The notes: generated by a model not told the origin, from the letters alone. Shown: positions 8,109 through 16,551, counted from the first letter of the stretch. The stretch: 20,000 nt of DNA from an uncultured virus (IMG/VR IMGVR_UViG_3300011008_000092) (IMGVR_UViG_3300011008_000092), one strand, 5' to 3'. Program-made: numbers and translations.

Positions 8109-9434
8109 TTATTTTCTTCTGCTTGGTGGAACGTTTTGATTGTTACTATTCTTCCTACGGCTGGGAGGAGTGTTGTTGCCCTGCTTAACCTTCTTGACAG
8201 AGCCGTACTTCTTACGCATACGCTTCACAAAGGATTCAGGATTCTTCTTATTCAGTCCCTTAGTGCCTCGCCTTCCTGTCTCTATCTGGTTAGCCTTCTT
8301 CCATTCTTCATACTCGGTGGGATATAACTTTCCCCACTCCTCTGCCTCGTCAATCCAGTCCTCATTAGCCTGCCTGGTGGCGTTGGCTCTTGCATAAGAT
8401 GCGCTTGCACTGGCATTAGAGGCATTGGCTGATGCTTTTCGCTGGGCTACCTCATAGGGAAGTAGCTCTTCCATACGCTTGATCTCTGCCTCCTTCTTCT
8501 CAATATCCTTCTCAAGCTGCTTCACTCTGGCTTCGTCGTTGGCGGTCTGTGCCTTCACACGCTCCTGCTGGAGACGTGCCAGTTCTGCCTCTCTGTCAGC
8601 TTTCTGACGTGCCAGCTCCATCTGCTGGTTCTTGTAGTCAATATTGATGCTTTGCAACTCATTGGCTCGCTGGTCTGCCCTGTCTTTGTAGTACAAGGCC
8701 ATCATGTCGTTGGCTGCTTCCCTGCGCTGCTTCATAGTGTAGTCACGGAGTTTATGCTGACGGTCTGTAAGCTCTGCTCCTGTTGTAAGCTTCTGACTGG
8801 GTGCTCCAAGGATTGTTCCGACGAGATTTCCGACATGGCTCAATACGCTGCCTATCTGCTCCCATCGCTCCTGACGCTTAAGCTTCTTCTCGTCATCAAC
8901 ATTCTCCTGATAACTCTTCGTGGTATCATACTGCTGGAGAAGGGGGAATACTTCAAAAGCATCCAAAGGTGGCTGGTCATTGTCAGTAGCCCATCTGTTA
9001 TAGTCACTTACACCTTGCATGATACTGCCTTCATAGCCATTCTGGATGACATTCATGAAGCCTGTGCTCCAGTCGGGTGCATTCTTCTTCCTTTCGTGCC
9101 TGTCAACAATACCTTGCAGACTGCTCACCAACTCGGGATTCTGACTCACTACCTGCTGTGCAAGTTTCTGTCCAGGTGCACTTGATTGCTGTAAATTCGG
9201 TGCTGGCTCTTCAGTGGTAGCGTTCAGGGGCTTTTCCTCAGTTCCCTGATGCTCCAAAGATGACGGCTCAACAGTTTGAACTGTCGGTTCCTGACCTGTA
9301 GTCGGAGACAGTGTTGAGTTCTCAGTTTGTGGCTGCTCACTACTGGAAGTGCTGGTGGCAGATGAAACTTCTTTCGTTTTGTCCTCACCTCCAACAATAT
9401 CATTCGTCGCCTTGAAGATGTCGGTTATTGCCAT
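8109..9434 (-). CDS. Hypothetical phage protein, 441 aa; probable internal virion/ejection protein
   Basis: Disordered S/T/P/Q-rich N-terminus, Gly/hydrophobic segment IGSVLSHVGNLVGTILG, long coiled coil, Ala/Ser tract, basic tail with a PPSRRK repeat. Tightly coupled to both neighbours (15 and 3 nt gaps). Function inferred from composition and position. Confidence 0.7.
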   Translation of the reverse strand: MAITDIFKATNDIVGGEDKTKEVSSATSTSSSEQPQTENSTLSPTTGQEPTVQTVEPSSLEHQGTEEKPLNATTEEPAPNLQQSSAPGQKLAQQVVSQNPELVSSLQGIVDRHERKKNAPDWSTGFMNVIQNGYEGSIMQGVSDYNRWATDNDQPPLDAFEVFPLLQQYDTTKSYQENVDDEKKLKRQERWEQIGSVLSHVGNLVGTILGAPSQKLTTGAELTDRQHKLRDYTMKQRREAANDMMALYYKDRADQRANELQSINIDYKNQQMELARQKADREAELARLQQERVKAQTANDEARVKQLEKDIEKKEAEIKRMEELLPYEVAQRKASANASNASASASYARANATRQANEDWIDEAEEWGKLYPTEYEEWKKANQIETGRRGTKGLNKKNPESFVKRMRKKYGSVKKVKQGNNTPPSRRKNSNNQNVPPSRRK

Positions 9435-9449
9435 GATGCCCTCCTTCCT

Positions 9450-9953
9450 TTAGAATGGTAACAAGTTAGCCATGTTGGAAAGTCCACCTGCTGCATCAGT
9501 GATAGCCTTGCCTTTCTCCTGTGCCTTGCCTAGCTTAGTAGATGCAATGTACTGCGTCATCTCACTGATCTGATTGTCGGCATTGTTCCAGACGGCCTCC
9601 TTCTGAGCTTCACCTGATGCCGCCTGCTTGCCTATCATGTCAGTAACGGCCTGAGCTGCTGCCTGCTTCTGTAGAGCCAGACTCTCATCTGTACCACCGG
9701 CTACTACGTTAGTATCAGCTGCCTGTTTGGTCTTTGCGTTGAGAATTTCCTTCGCTTTCGTCTGTGCACCTTGTGCAGCTGCCGACTGCGTAGGGTCTTG
9801 ATAATACACCTTATCACGATGGTCTTTCACATCCTTGATTCTCTTCTCATAGGCTTCAATGGCCTGATTGTAGCCTTCGTTTACTGCATCTGAGGCGAAT
9901 ATGCCTCCGATAGCAGATCCAATGCCTCCGATAATACTTCCAAATAATCCCAT
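9450..9953 (-). CDS. Hypothetical phage protein, 167 aa; probable small ejection/pilot-type virion protein
   Basis: Gly-rich hydrophobic N-terminus MGLFGSIIGGIGSAIGGIFAS, Ala/Gln-rich helical body and Gly-containing C-terminal helix; first gene of the operon. Confidence 0.72.
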   Translation of the reverse strand: MGLFGSIIGGIGSAIGGIFASDAVNEGYNQAIEAYEKRIKDVKDHRDKVYYQDPTQSAAAQGAQTKAKEILNAKTKQAADTNVVAGGTDESLALQKQAAAQAVTDMIGKQAASGEAQKEAVWNNADNQISEMTQYIASTKLGKAQEKGKAITDAAGGLSNMANLLPF

Positions 9954-9979
9954 AATTTTGCAAAATTAATATTATGCAG

Positions 9980-10063
9980 CAAAGATAAATAATCCATTTT
10001 AGCCTCTAATGATAAATTACGCAATGCCTTTGGCATCACTTTCGGAAAAAAGTCTTATCTTTG
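9980..10063. promoter_or_regulatory. Divergent Bacteroidota -7 promoter elements (TATCTTTG) for the ejection operon and the 126-aa gene
   Basis: CAAAGATA at 9980-9987 (minus-strand TATCTTTG) and TATCTTTG at 10056-10063; neither has a -33 TTTG at the 19-20 bp spacing seen in the host promoters. Confidence 0.6.
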
Positions 10064-10085
10064 CCACAAAATCATAATAGTTACT

Positions 10086-10466
10086 ATGGAAGAAAAGAAA
10101 GGAAAGAAGAAAAGAGAAGCTACCTCTGGTTCATTCAAGAAGGGGCATGAAAAAATGGGAGGCAGAAAGAAAGGTACACCCAATAAGATGACAACAAATC
10201 TTAGAAGGGTGTTGGAAGAGCAACTGCGTCCTCACATTGAAAAGCTTGACAAGTACATTGAGAGCATAAAGGAGCCTGACAAAAAGGCTGCTGTACTTGC
10301 ACAATGGGCACCATACGTCCTGCCTAAGCTCTCCAATATCACTCTTGGTGAGGACGGACAGCGTGACATCACCACTGAGGAATACATCAAGGAGCTTAAC
10401 TCCAACTACAAAAAGGCAGACATCCATATAGATGTTGCCAAAATAAAAATTGTCAATAACGGCTAG
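10086..10466 (+). CDS. Small basic phage protein, terminase small subunit-like
   Basis: N-terminal SGSFKKGHEKMGGRKKGTPNK motif (FKKG...GRxKGxxNK) typical of TerS-like proteins, followed by helices and YVLPKL; A-rich start region; overlaps the integrase 3' end convergently by 14 bp. Confidence 0.6.
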   Translation: MEEKKGKKKREATSGSFKKGHEKMGGRKKGTPNKMTTNLRRVLEEQLRPHIEKLDKYIESIKEPDKKAAVLAQWAPYVLPKLSNITLGEDGQRDITTEEYIKELNSNYKKADIHIDVAKIKIVNNG

Positions 10467-11961
10467 TCACTAGCACAAAACTATTTTTGTGTCTTACCTG
10501 ACGCTCATATAGCTGTGACTGGTCTTTGTCCAGATTCTCCACTTTTATCTGGATTGTACTACGCTCTGGGATGCCGTCAATCATGCCCATCAGCTTTCCT
10601 ATAACCTCATCAACATTGTTGAAACCAATATCTTCAAGCTTGGCTACTACCCTGCCTCTGTAGTATGCCGTTCCCCTTATCATCTGCTTCTTGGAGAATC
10701 TTTCAAACTTATCTTCCTGCTCCTCAGGTAAGCTGGAAGAGTCATCAGTAAAGAAAATCTTCTCGATCACTCGGTCATTGAGATTCCAGGCAGGAGAGAA
10801 GTCCACCTTCCTGATATATCCTCTCGTAATCTTGTGCTGTGAGTGGTTCATGGCAAAGCCTACCTCTGACTCAGACGCTCCACAGTCATTCTGTGCAACA
10901 GTTGCCCATGTATGCCTGAACGTATATATAGAATAGGTGTGTCCATGTTCAATACCTAGTGAATCTTCACATATCTGCTTAATGCCGATGTTGGCATTGG
11001 CGTTGAAACTGTCACTCGTACTCATCCTCTGATGGAAGTTCAGAAGATACTCTGAACTGCTGTCATCCATGTATTTCTCAAAAATAGGCTTCAGGATGTC
11101 GGGAACTCTCATCTCTATATAGGCATTATCAGCCCTTGCCTTTCTCGTTTTCCTGCGTTCATAGCCGATAATACCATTCCTGTAGTTCTCTTTCTTCAGG
11201 TAATATAAGTCGATTGTATTGATACCTGCCAGACAGAGTGTCATCATGGCCACATCCCTTCCAAGCTCTGCCAAAGGAAACTTCATGGGGCTTTCAGGAA
11301 TAGGAGCTGCGAAGAATGCCCTACAGTCATCCAGGCTGATGGCTTTCTTCTCAGGGGTATCTGCCTTCGGTATCTTCACCTTAGGCCAAGGATTCGTCGT
11401 TATCCTTATCAGCCCAGTATCGTAATCATTGTAATCAATGAGAGCCTGCTTGAAGATCTGTCTTACACAGATTGGATACATCTCCTTAGCTCTTGCCGTG
11501 TTGCTCATGGATTTTATCCATCCATTGATAAACATGGATGTCAGGTGGGAAAACATCACTTTATCAGTACCGGCATAACGCTCTAGGTGCTGGTAGGCAA
11601 GCTCATAGTTTCTGGCATTGCGCTGCTGACCGTTACTATACATCTCGTCATGGTACTGTCGGGCATAGTCGGAAAAACATACGTCCAATGTGCCCTGCTC
11701 CAAAAACTGTACCACATCTTTCACACACCAGAAAGATGTATCCACTTTCTTAAGACGCTCATAGTAGTCGGCTATCTTCGTCGTACAGAATTTCAACACA
11801 AATGGGTCGGTCACTACGTGCTTCTTATCACACCCTCTGGAGTCCACCATCTTATCTGTTTTCATGTAGTGGATACCTTTGTTATGAATCACTCTGATGT
11901 AGACTGGCCAGTAGCCATCTGTGCGCTGTTTCTGTACCACAGCTTTGAATGTTGTTGCCAT
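10453..11961 (-). CDS. Tyrosine recombinase/integrase (Bacteroidota type: arm-binding, SAM-like and catalytic domains) with C-terminal extension
   Basis: N-terminal DGYWPVYIRVIH arm-binding motif; catalytic-domain motifs CLAGINTIDL, RRKT, YTFRHTWAT, MNH and nucleophile Tyr in TRGY (10816-10818). Confidence 0.93.
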   Translation of the reverse strand: MATTFKAVVQKQRTDGYWPVYIRVIHNKGIHYMKTDKMVDSRGCDKKHVVTDPFVLKFCTTKIADYYERLKKVDTSFWCVKDVVQFLEQGTLDVCFSDYARQYHDEMYSNGQQRNARNYELAYQHLERYAGTDKVMFSHLTSMFINGWIKSMSNTARAKEMYPICVRQIFKQALIDYNDYDTGLIRITTNPWPKVKIPKADTPEKKAISLDDCRAFFAAPIPESPMKFPLAELGRDVAMMTLCLAGINTIDLYYLKKENYRNGIIGYERRKTRKARADNAYIEMRVPDILKPIFEKYMDDSSSEYLLNFHQRMSTSDSFNANANIGIKQICEDSLGIEHGHTYSIYTFRHTWATVAQNDCGASESEVGFAMNHSQHKITRGYIRKVDFSPAWNLNDRVIEKIFFTDDSSSLPEEQEDKFERFSKKQMIRGTAYYRGRVVAKLEDIGFNNVDEVIGKLMGMIDGIPERSTIQIKVENLDKDQSQLYERQVRHKNSFVLVTSRY

Positions 11962-11963
11962 AC

Positions 11964-12018
11964 GCTCTAAACTTGCTCTAAACTTGATATTGATTTTCTC
12001 TAAATTTACTCTAAACTT
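11964..12018. repeat. Four 11-bp direct repeats (nCTCTAAAyTT) in 11-bp phase; putative integrase arm-type sites
   Basis: GCTCTAAACTT 11964-11974, GCTCTAAACTT 11975-11985, 11-bp spacer, TCTCTAAATTT 11997-12007, ACTCTAAACTT 12008-12018. Confidence 0.85.
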
Positions 12019-12062
12019 TTGCCTTCATTATCAGCATTTTGTGCTGAAAATGCTTTTAAACC

Positions 12063-12106
12063 AAATAAGCGGAAACCGCTTTAAACAAAGGAGTCTCCGC
12101 TTATTT
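12063..12106 (-). terminator. Long inverted repeat downstream of ppdK; probable intrinsic terminator within the att region
   Basis: Perfect arms AAATAAGCGGA (12063-12073) and TCCGCTTATTT (12096-12106) with an imperfect inner stem; 23 bp after the ppdK stop. Confidence 0.7.
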
Positions 12107-12129
12107 TATTGAAATTCAGATACTTCTGT

Positions 12130-14850
12130 TTATTCTTCGACAGCAGCCTGGGCGGCGGCGAGGCGGGCGATGGGCACACGGAATGGAGAGCAAGATGCGT
12201 AGTTCATGCCAATCTTAGCACAGAACTTCACAGAGCTGGGCTCACCACCATGCTCACCGCAGATACCGCAGCGGAGTTCAGGACGCACCTCGCGACCCTT
12301 CTCTACGGCATACTTGATGAGCTTGCCGACACCCTTCTGGTCGAGCACCTGGAACGGGTCTACCTTCAGGATCTTCTTGTCCAGATATACGGGCAGGAAC
12401 GAGGCAATGTCGTCGCGCGAGTAACCGAAGGTCATCTGAGTCAGGTCGTTGGTACCGAACGAGAAGTACTGAGCCTCAGTAGCAATGCGGTCGGCAGTCA
12501 GGGCAGCACGAGGAATCTCAATCATCGTACCAATCTCAAACTCTACCTCGATGCCATACTCGGCGAATACTTCCTTGGCAGCCTCCAGAATGACTTCCTT
12601 CTGCTGCTTCAACTCATAGAGTGTACCAATCAGTGGAACCATGATCTCTGGCATAGGATTCTTGCCTTCCTTCTTCAGCTCGCAGGCTGCACCAAGGATG
12701 GCACGGGTCTGCATAGCGGTGATTTCAGGGAAGGTGATGCCCAGACGGCAACCACGGTGACCCAGCATTGGGTTGTTCTCAGCCAATGAGTCAACACGAC
12801 GCTTGATATCCTCTACGCTGACACCCATCTCCTTAGCCATGGTCTCCTGACCAGCCAAATCGTGGGGAACGAACTCGTGCAATGGGGGATCCAACAGACG
12901 GATGTTAACGGGCAGTCCGTCCATAGCCTCAAGAATACCCTTGAAGTCAGCCTTCTGGTAAGGCAGCAGCTTGGCAAGAGCCTTCTCGCGACCGGCAGCA
13001 TCCTTCGACAGAATCATCTCGCGCATAGCGATAATCTTCTTATCCTCGAAGAACATGTGCTCTGTACGTGTCAGACCGATACCCTTGGCACCGAAGTTAC
13101 GGGCAACCTGAGCGTCGTGTGGAGTATCAGCATTGGTGCGAACCTGCAGTTTGGTGTACTTGTCGCAGAGGTCCATCAGTTCCTTGAAGTCGCCAGAAAG
13201 CTCGGCAGCCTTGGTAGGAACTTCACCAGCATAAACCTGACCGGTAGTACCATTCAGAGAGATATAGTCGCCCTCCTTATATACTACGCCGTCAATCTCA
13301 ACGGTCTTATCCTTATAGCTAACATTCAGTGAACCAACACCCGATACGCAGCACTTACCCATACCACGAGCCACAACGGCAGCGTGTGAGGTCATACCAC
13401 CACGAGCAGTCAGAATACCCTCAGCGGCAGACATACCGGCGAGGTCCTCTGGTGATGTCTCGATACGAACGAGCACAACCTTGTGACCGTCCTTGTGCCA
13501 CTCCTGAGCATCGTCAGCGTGGAATACAATCTGACCACAGGCAGCACCTGGAGATGCAGGCAGACCCTGAGCAATCACCTTGGCAGATGTCAGTGCCTTC
13601 TTATCGAATACGGGGTGCAACAGCTCGTCGAGCTTCTGAGGCTCGCAACGCAGGATGGCAGTCTTCTCGTCAATCTTACCCTCGTGGAGCAGGTCGATGG
13701 CAATCTTCACCATAGCGGCACCTGTACGCTTACCGTTACGTGTCTGGAGGAACCAGAGTTTGCCCTCCTGTACGGTGAACTCCATATCCTGCATATCGCG
13801 ATAGTGCTCCTCGAGCTTCTCCTGGATACCGTTCAGCTGAGCATAGATTTCAGGCATAGCCTCCTCCATAGAAGGATACTTAGCTACGCGCTCTTCCTCA
13901 GAGATACCGGCACGCTCAGCCCAACGCTGTGAACCCAGCTTGGTAATCTGCTGTGGAGTGCGGATACCGGCAACAACGTCCTCACCCTGAGCATTAACCA
14001 GATACTCACCATTGAACACATTCTCACCATTGGCAGCATCGCGGCTGAAGCAAACACCTGTTGCAGAGGTATCGCCCATGTTACCGAATACCATTGCCAT
14101 TACTGATACGGCAGTACCCCACTCGTCGGGAATTCCTTCCATCTTACGATACAGGATAGCGCGCTCGTTCATCCAAGAACGGAACACGGCGCAGATAGCA
14201 CCCCACAACTGTTCGATAGGATCGTTGGGGAAGTCCTTGCCTGTGCGCTCCTTGATGGCAGCCTTGAAGAGCTGAACCAACTTCTTGAGGTCTTCAACCG
14301 AGAGGTCTTTGTCGAGAACGACACCGCTCTCCTTCTTCACCTTCTCAATAATCTCCTCGAATGGATCGATGTCTTCCTTGTTAACAGGCTTCATCTCCAG
14401 CACGACATCACCGTACATCTGTACGAAACGACGGTAAGAGTCGTAAACGAAGTGAGGATTATTGGTCTTCTTGGCCATACCCTCAGCCACCTCGTCGTTC
14501 AGACCGAGGTTCAGAATGGTATCCATCATACCAGGCATAGAGGCACGTGCACCCGAACGTACACTGACCAACAGAGGATTAGCAGCATCGCCGAACTTGC
14601 AGTTCATCAGGTCTTCAATGTGCTTAACAGCAGCCATCACGTCGTCGTTGAGCAACTCCATGATTTTCTCCTGACCCACCTGATAATATTCGTTACAGCA
14701 GTCTGTAGTGATGGTAAAACCTGGAGGAACGGGCACACCGATGTGGTTCATCTCAGCAAGGTTAGCACCCTTGCCACCAAGTTCCTCACGCATTTTTGCA
14801 TTACCTTCGGCCTTTCCGTTACCGAAGAGGTAAACTCTTTTTTGACTCAT
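12130..14850 (-). CDS. ppdK: Pyruvate, phosphate dikinase
   Basis: 906 aa; LGGKGANLAEM, VSVRSGARASMPGMMDT, phospho-His GGMTSHAAVVARG, FSFGTNDLTQ, GICGEHGG. Confidence 0.99.
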   Translation of the reverse strand: MSQKRVYLFGNGKAEGNAKMREELGGKGANLAEMNHIGVPVPPGFTITTDCCNEYYQVGQEKIMELLNDDVMAAVKHIEDLMNCKFGDAANPLLVSVRSGARASMPGMMDTILNLGLNDEVAEGMAKKTNNPHFVYDSYRRFVQMYGDVVLEMKPVNKEDIDPFEEIIEKVKKESGVVLDKDLSVEDLKKLVQLFKAAIKERTGKDFPNDPIEQLWGAICAVFRSWMNERAILYRKMEGIPDEWGTAVSVMAMVFGNMGDTSATGVCFSRDAANGENVFNGEYLVNAQGEDVVAGIRTPQQITKLGSQRWAERAGISEEERVAKYPSMEEAMPEIYAQLNGIQEKLEEHYRDMQDMEFTVQEGKLWFLQTRNGKRTGAAMVKIAIDLLHEGKIDEKTAILRCEPQKLDELLHPVFDKKALTSAKVIAQGLPASPGAACGQIVFHADDAQEWHKDGHKVVLVRIETSPEDLAGMSAAEGILTARGGMTSHAAVVARGMGKCCVSGVGSLNVSYKDKTVEIDGVVYKEGDYISLNGTTGQVYAGEVPTKAAELSGDFKELMDLCDKYTKLQVRTNADTPHDAQVARNFGAKGIGLTRTEHMFFEDKKIIAMREMILSKDAAGREKALAKLLPYQKADFKGILEAMDGLPVNIRLLDPPLHEFVPHDLAGQETMAKEMGVSVEDIKRRVDSLAENNPMLGHRGCRLGITFPEITAMQTRAILGAACELKKEGKNPMPEIMVPLIGTLYELKQQKEVILEAAKEVFAEYGIEVEFEIGTMIEIPRAALTADRIATEAQYFSFGTNDLTQMTFGYSRDDIASFLPVYLDKKILKVDPFQVLDQKGVGKLIKYAVEKGREVRPELRCGICGEHGGEPSSVKFCAKIGMNYASCSPFRVPIARLAAAQAAVEE

Positions 14851-14902
14851 AAGATTAACAATGTATTATTATTTAAATTAATATTGAACTTCAATAGTCC
14901 TG

Positions 14903-14934
14903 CAAAGATAATATAAATTTCTGACTTGTGCAAA
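14903..14934 (-). promoter_or_regulatory. Bacteroidota primary-sigma promoter of ppdK
   Basis: Minus strand TTTG (14934-14931)-N20-TATCTTTG (14910-14903). Confidence 0.8.
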
Positions 14935-14948
14935 TTTTCGCGCTATTA

Positions 14949-14980
14949 TTTGGAAATTACAAAAAAAGTCGCTATCTTTG
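14949..14980 (+). promoter_or_regulatory. Bacteroidota primary-sigma promoter of uxaB
   Basis: TTTG (14949-14952)-N20-TATCTTTG (14973-14980). Confidence 0.8.
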
Positions 14981-15018
14981 CACGACATAAAACAAATCAA
15001 TTAAACATTATTAATATT

Positions 15019-16458
15019 ATGAAACCGTTAAACAAACAATTTGCGCCTAAGAGCGTTATGCCTGAAAAGGTGATTCAGTTTGGTGAAGGAAATTTCCTTC
15101 GTGCTTTTGTTGATTGGATTATCTGGAACATGGACCAGAAGACTGACTTCAATGGTAGTGTCGTTGTGGTACAGCCCATTGAGCGTGGTATGGTTGACTG
15201 GCTGAATGCTCAGGACTGTCTGTATCACGTAAACCTGCAGGGTCGTGAGAATGGCAAGCCTGTAAACACACTGGAGCGTATCGACGTCATTAGCCGTGCG
15301 CTGAATCCCTATTCACAGAACGATGCCTTCATGGCACTGGCTGAACAGCCCGAAATCCGTTTCGTCATCTCGAATACTACAGAGGCCGGTATCGCTTTCG
15401 ATCCTGCTTGTAAGTTGGACGACAAACCTGCATCTTCTTATCCAGGCAAACTGGTACAGCTGCTGTATCGTCGTTACCAGACTTTCAATGGCGACAAGAC
15501 GAAGGGTCTGATTATCTTCCCCTGCGAGCTCATCTTCCTGAATGGTCACGTGCTGAAGGATTGCATCTACAAGTATATCGAGCTCTGGAACCTGGGCGAC
15601 GACTTCAAGAAGTGGTTCGAGGAGGCTTGCGGTGTTTACGCTACCCTCGTTGACCGTATCGTACCAGGATTCCCACGCAATGAGATCAAGGAGATTCAGG
15701 AGAAGATTTCGTATCGCGACAACTTGGTAGTACAGGCTGAGACCTTCCACCTCTGGGTGATTGAGGCTCCGAAGGAGGTTGCTCAGGAATTCCCTGCCGA
15801 CAAGGCCGGACTGCACGTGCTGTTTGTTCCATCAGAAGAGCCGTACCACAAGCGTAAGGTGACGCTGCTGAATGGTCCGCACACCGTACTGTCGCCTGTT
15901 GCCTTCCTGAGCGGTGTTAACATCGTTCGCGATGCCTGCAACCACGAGGTTATCGGCAAGTACATCCACAAGGTACAGTTCGACGAGCTGATGCAGACAC
16001 TCGACCTGCCTATGGACGAGCTGGAGAAGTTTGCCGGCGACGTGCTGGAGCGCTTCGACAACCCATACGTTGACCACCAGGTAACGAGCATCATGCTGAA
16101 CTCATTCCCCAAATTCCAGGCTCGCGACCTGCCAGGCGTAAAGACTTTCCTGGAGCGCAAGGGCGAACTGCCTAAGGGCTTGGTATTCGGTCTGGCTGCC
16201 ATCATCACCTACTACAAGGGTGGCAAGCGTGCTGACGGTGTAGAGATTGTGCCTAACGACGACCAGAAGATTATGGACCTGCTGAAGGAGCTTTGGGCTA
16301 CCGGCGACACCCAGAAGGTGGCTGACGGCGTGCTGGGTGCAGAATTCATCTGGCAGGAAGACCTCAATAAGATTCAGGGTCTGAACGCTATGGTGAAGCA
16401 GTTCCTCGACCTGATTCAGGAGAAGGGTATGCTGGAGGCTGTTAAGACTATCCTGTAA
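15019..16458 (+). CDS. uxaB: Tagaturonate reductase (altronate oxidoreductase), 479 aa
   Basis: PEKVIQFGEGNFLRAFVDW, SNTTEAGI, LVDRIVPG, LLNGPHT, ERFDNPY. Start moved from the track's 14926 to ATG 15019, which lies downstream of the promoter and follows an A-rich start region. Confidence 0.96.
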   Translation: MKPLNKQFAPKSVMPEKVIQFGEGNFLRAFVDWIIWNMDQKTDFNGSVVVVQPIERGMVDWLNAQDCLYHVNLQGRENGKPVNTLERIDVISRALNPYSQNDAFMALAEQPEIRFVISNTTEAGIAFDPACKLDDKPASSYPGKLVQLLYRRYQTFNGDKTKGLIIFPCELIFLNGHVLKDCIYKYIELWNLGDDFKKWFEEACGVYATLVDRIVPGFPRNEIKEIQEKISYRDNLVVQAETFHLWVIEAPKEVAQEFPADKAGLHVLFVPSEEPYHKRKVTLLNGPHTVLSPVAFLSGVNIVRDACNHEVIGKYIHKVQFDELMQTLDLPMDELEKFAGDVLERFDNPYVDHQVTSIMLNSFPKFQARDLPGVKTFLERKGELPKGLVFGLAAIITYYKGGKRADGVEIVPNDDQKIMDLLKELWATGDTQKVADGVLGAEFIWQEDLNKIQGLNAMVKQFLDLIQEKGMLEAVKTIL

Positions 16459-16478
16459 GACTACACCTATTTATATAT

Positions 16479-16515
16479 AAAAGTGAGCCAATGTTTGGTT
16501 GGCTCACTTTTTTTT
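16479..16515 (+). terminator. Intrinsic terminator of uxaB
   Basis: AAAAGTGAGCCAA-tgtttgg-TTGGCTCACTTTT stem-loop ending in a T8 run. Confidence 0.88.
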
Positions 16516-16525
16516 CGTACCTTTG
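16494..16525 (+). promoter_or_regulatory. Promoter of uvrA, overlapping the uxaB terminator
   Basis: TTTG (16494-16497)-N20-TACCTTTG (16518-16525). Confidence 0.75.
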
Positions 16526-16551
16526 CACGCTAAACTTTCAAGGAAAAGTTC

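Larger units (their letters stand above)
1..12129. mobile_element. Right end of an integrated prophage-like element (continues beyond position 1), inserted at the 3' end of ppdK
   Basis: Tyrosine integrase 168 bp from the ppdK stop, with phased direct repeats and an inverted repeat in between. Phage-type cargo: terminase-small-like ORF, Gly-rich ejection-like proteins, giant polyvalent protein. Codon style (frequent GCA/AGG/ATA) differs from the C-ending host genes. The far boundary is not in the window. Confidence 0.85.

Noticed and set aside
293..8397. Many long plus-strand ORFs (e.g. 1575-2678, 3336-3956, 6615-7196)
   Set aside because: Antisense shadows of the giant minus-strand gene; L/V/H/C-rich, no motifs or start signals.
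11964..12018. Repeats as a CRISPR array or replication iterons
   Set aside because: Units are only 11 bp with no unique spacers and no cas or rep gene; position next to int and the att region fits arm-type sites.
12109..14916. Plus-strand ORFs opposite ppdK, and equivalent antisense ORFs in uxaB and uvrA
   Set aside because: Antisense shadows of codon-biased housekeeping genes.
14926..15018. 31-aa N-terminal extension of UxaB from the ORF track
   Set aside because: Spans the divergent promoter region; ATG 15019 fits the promoter position and family length.
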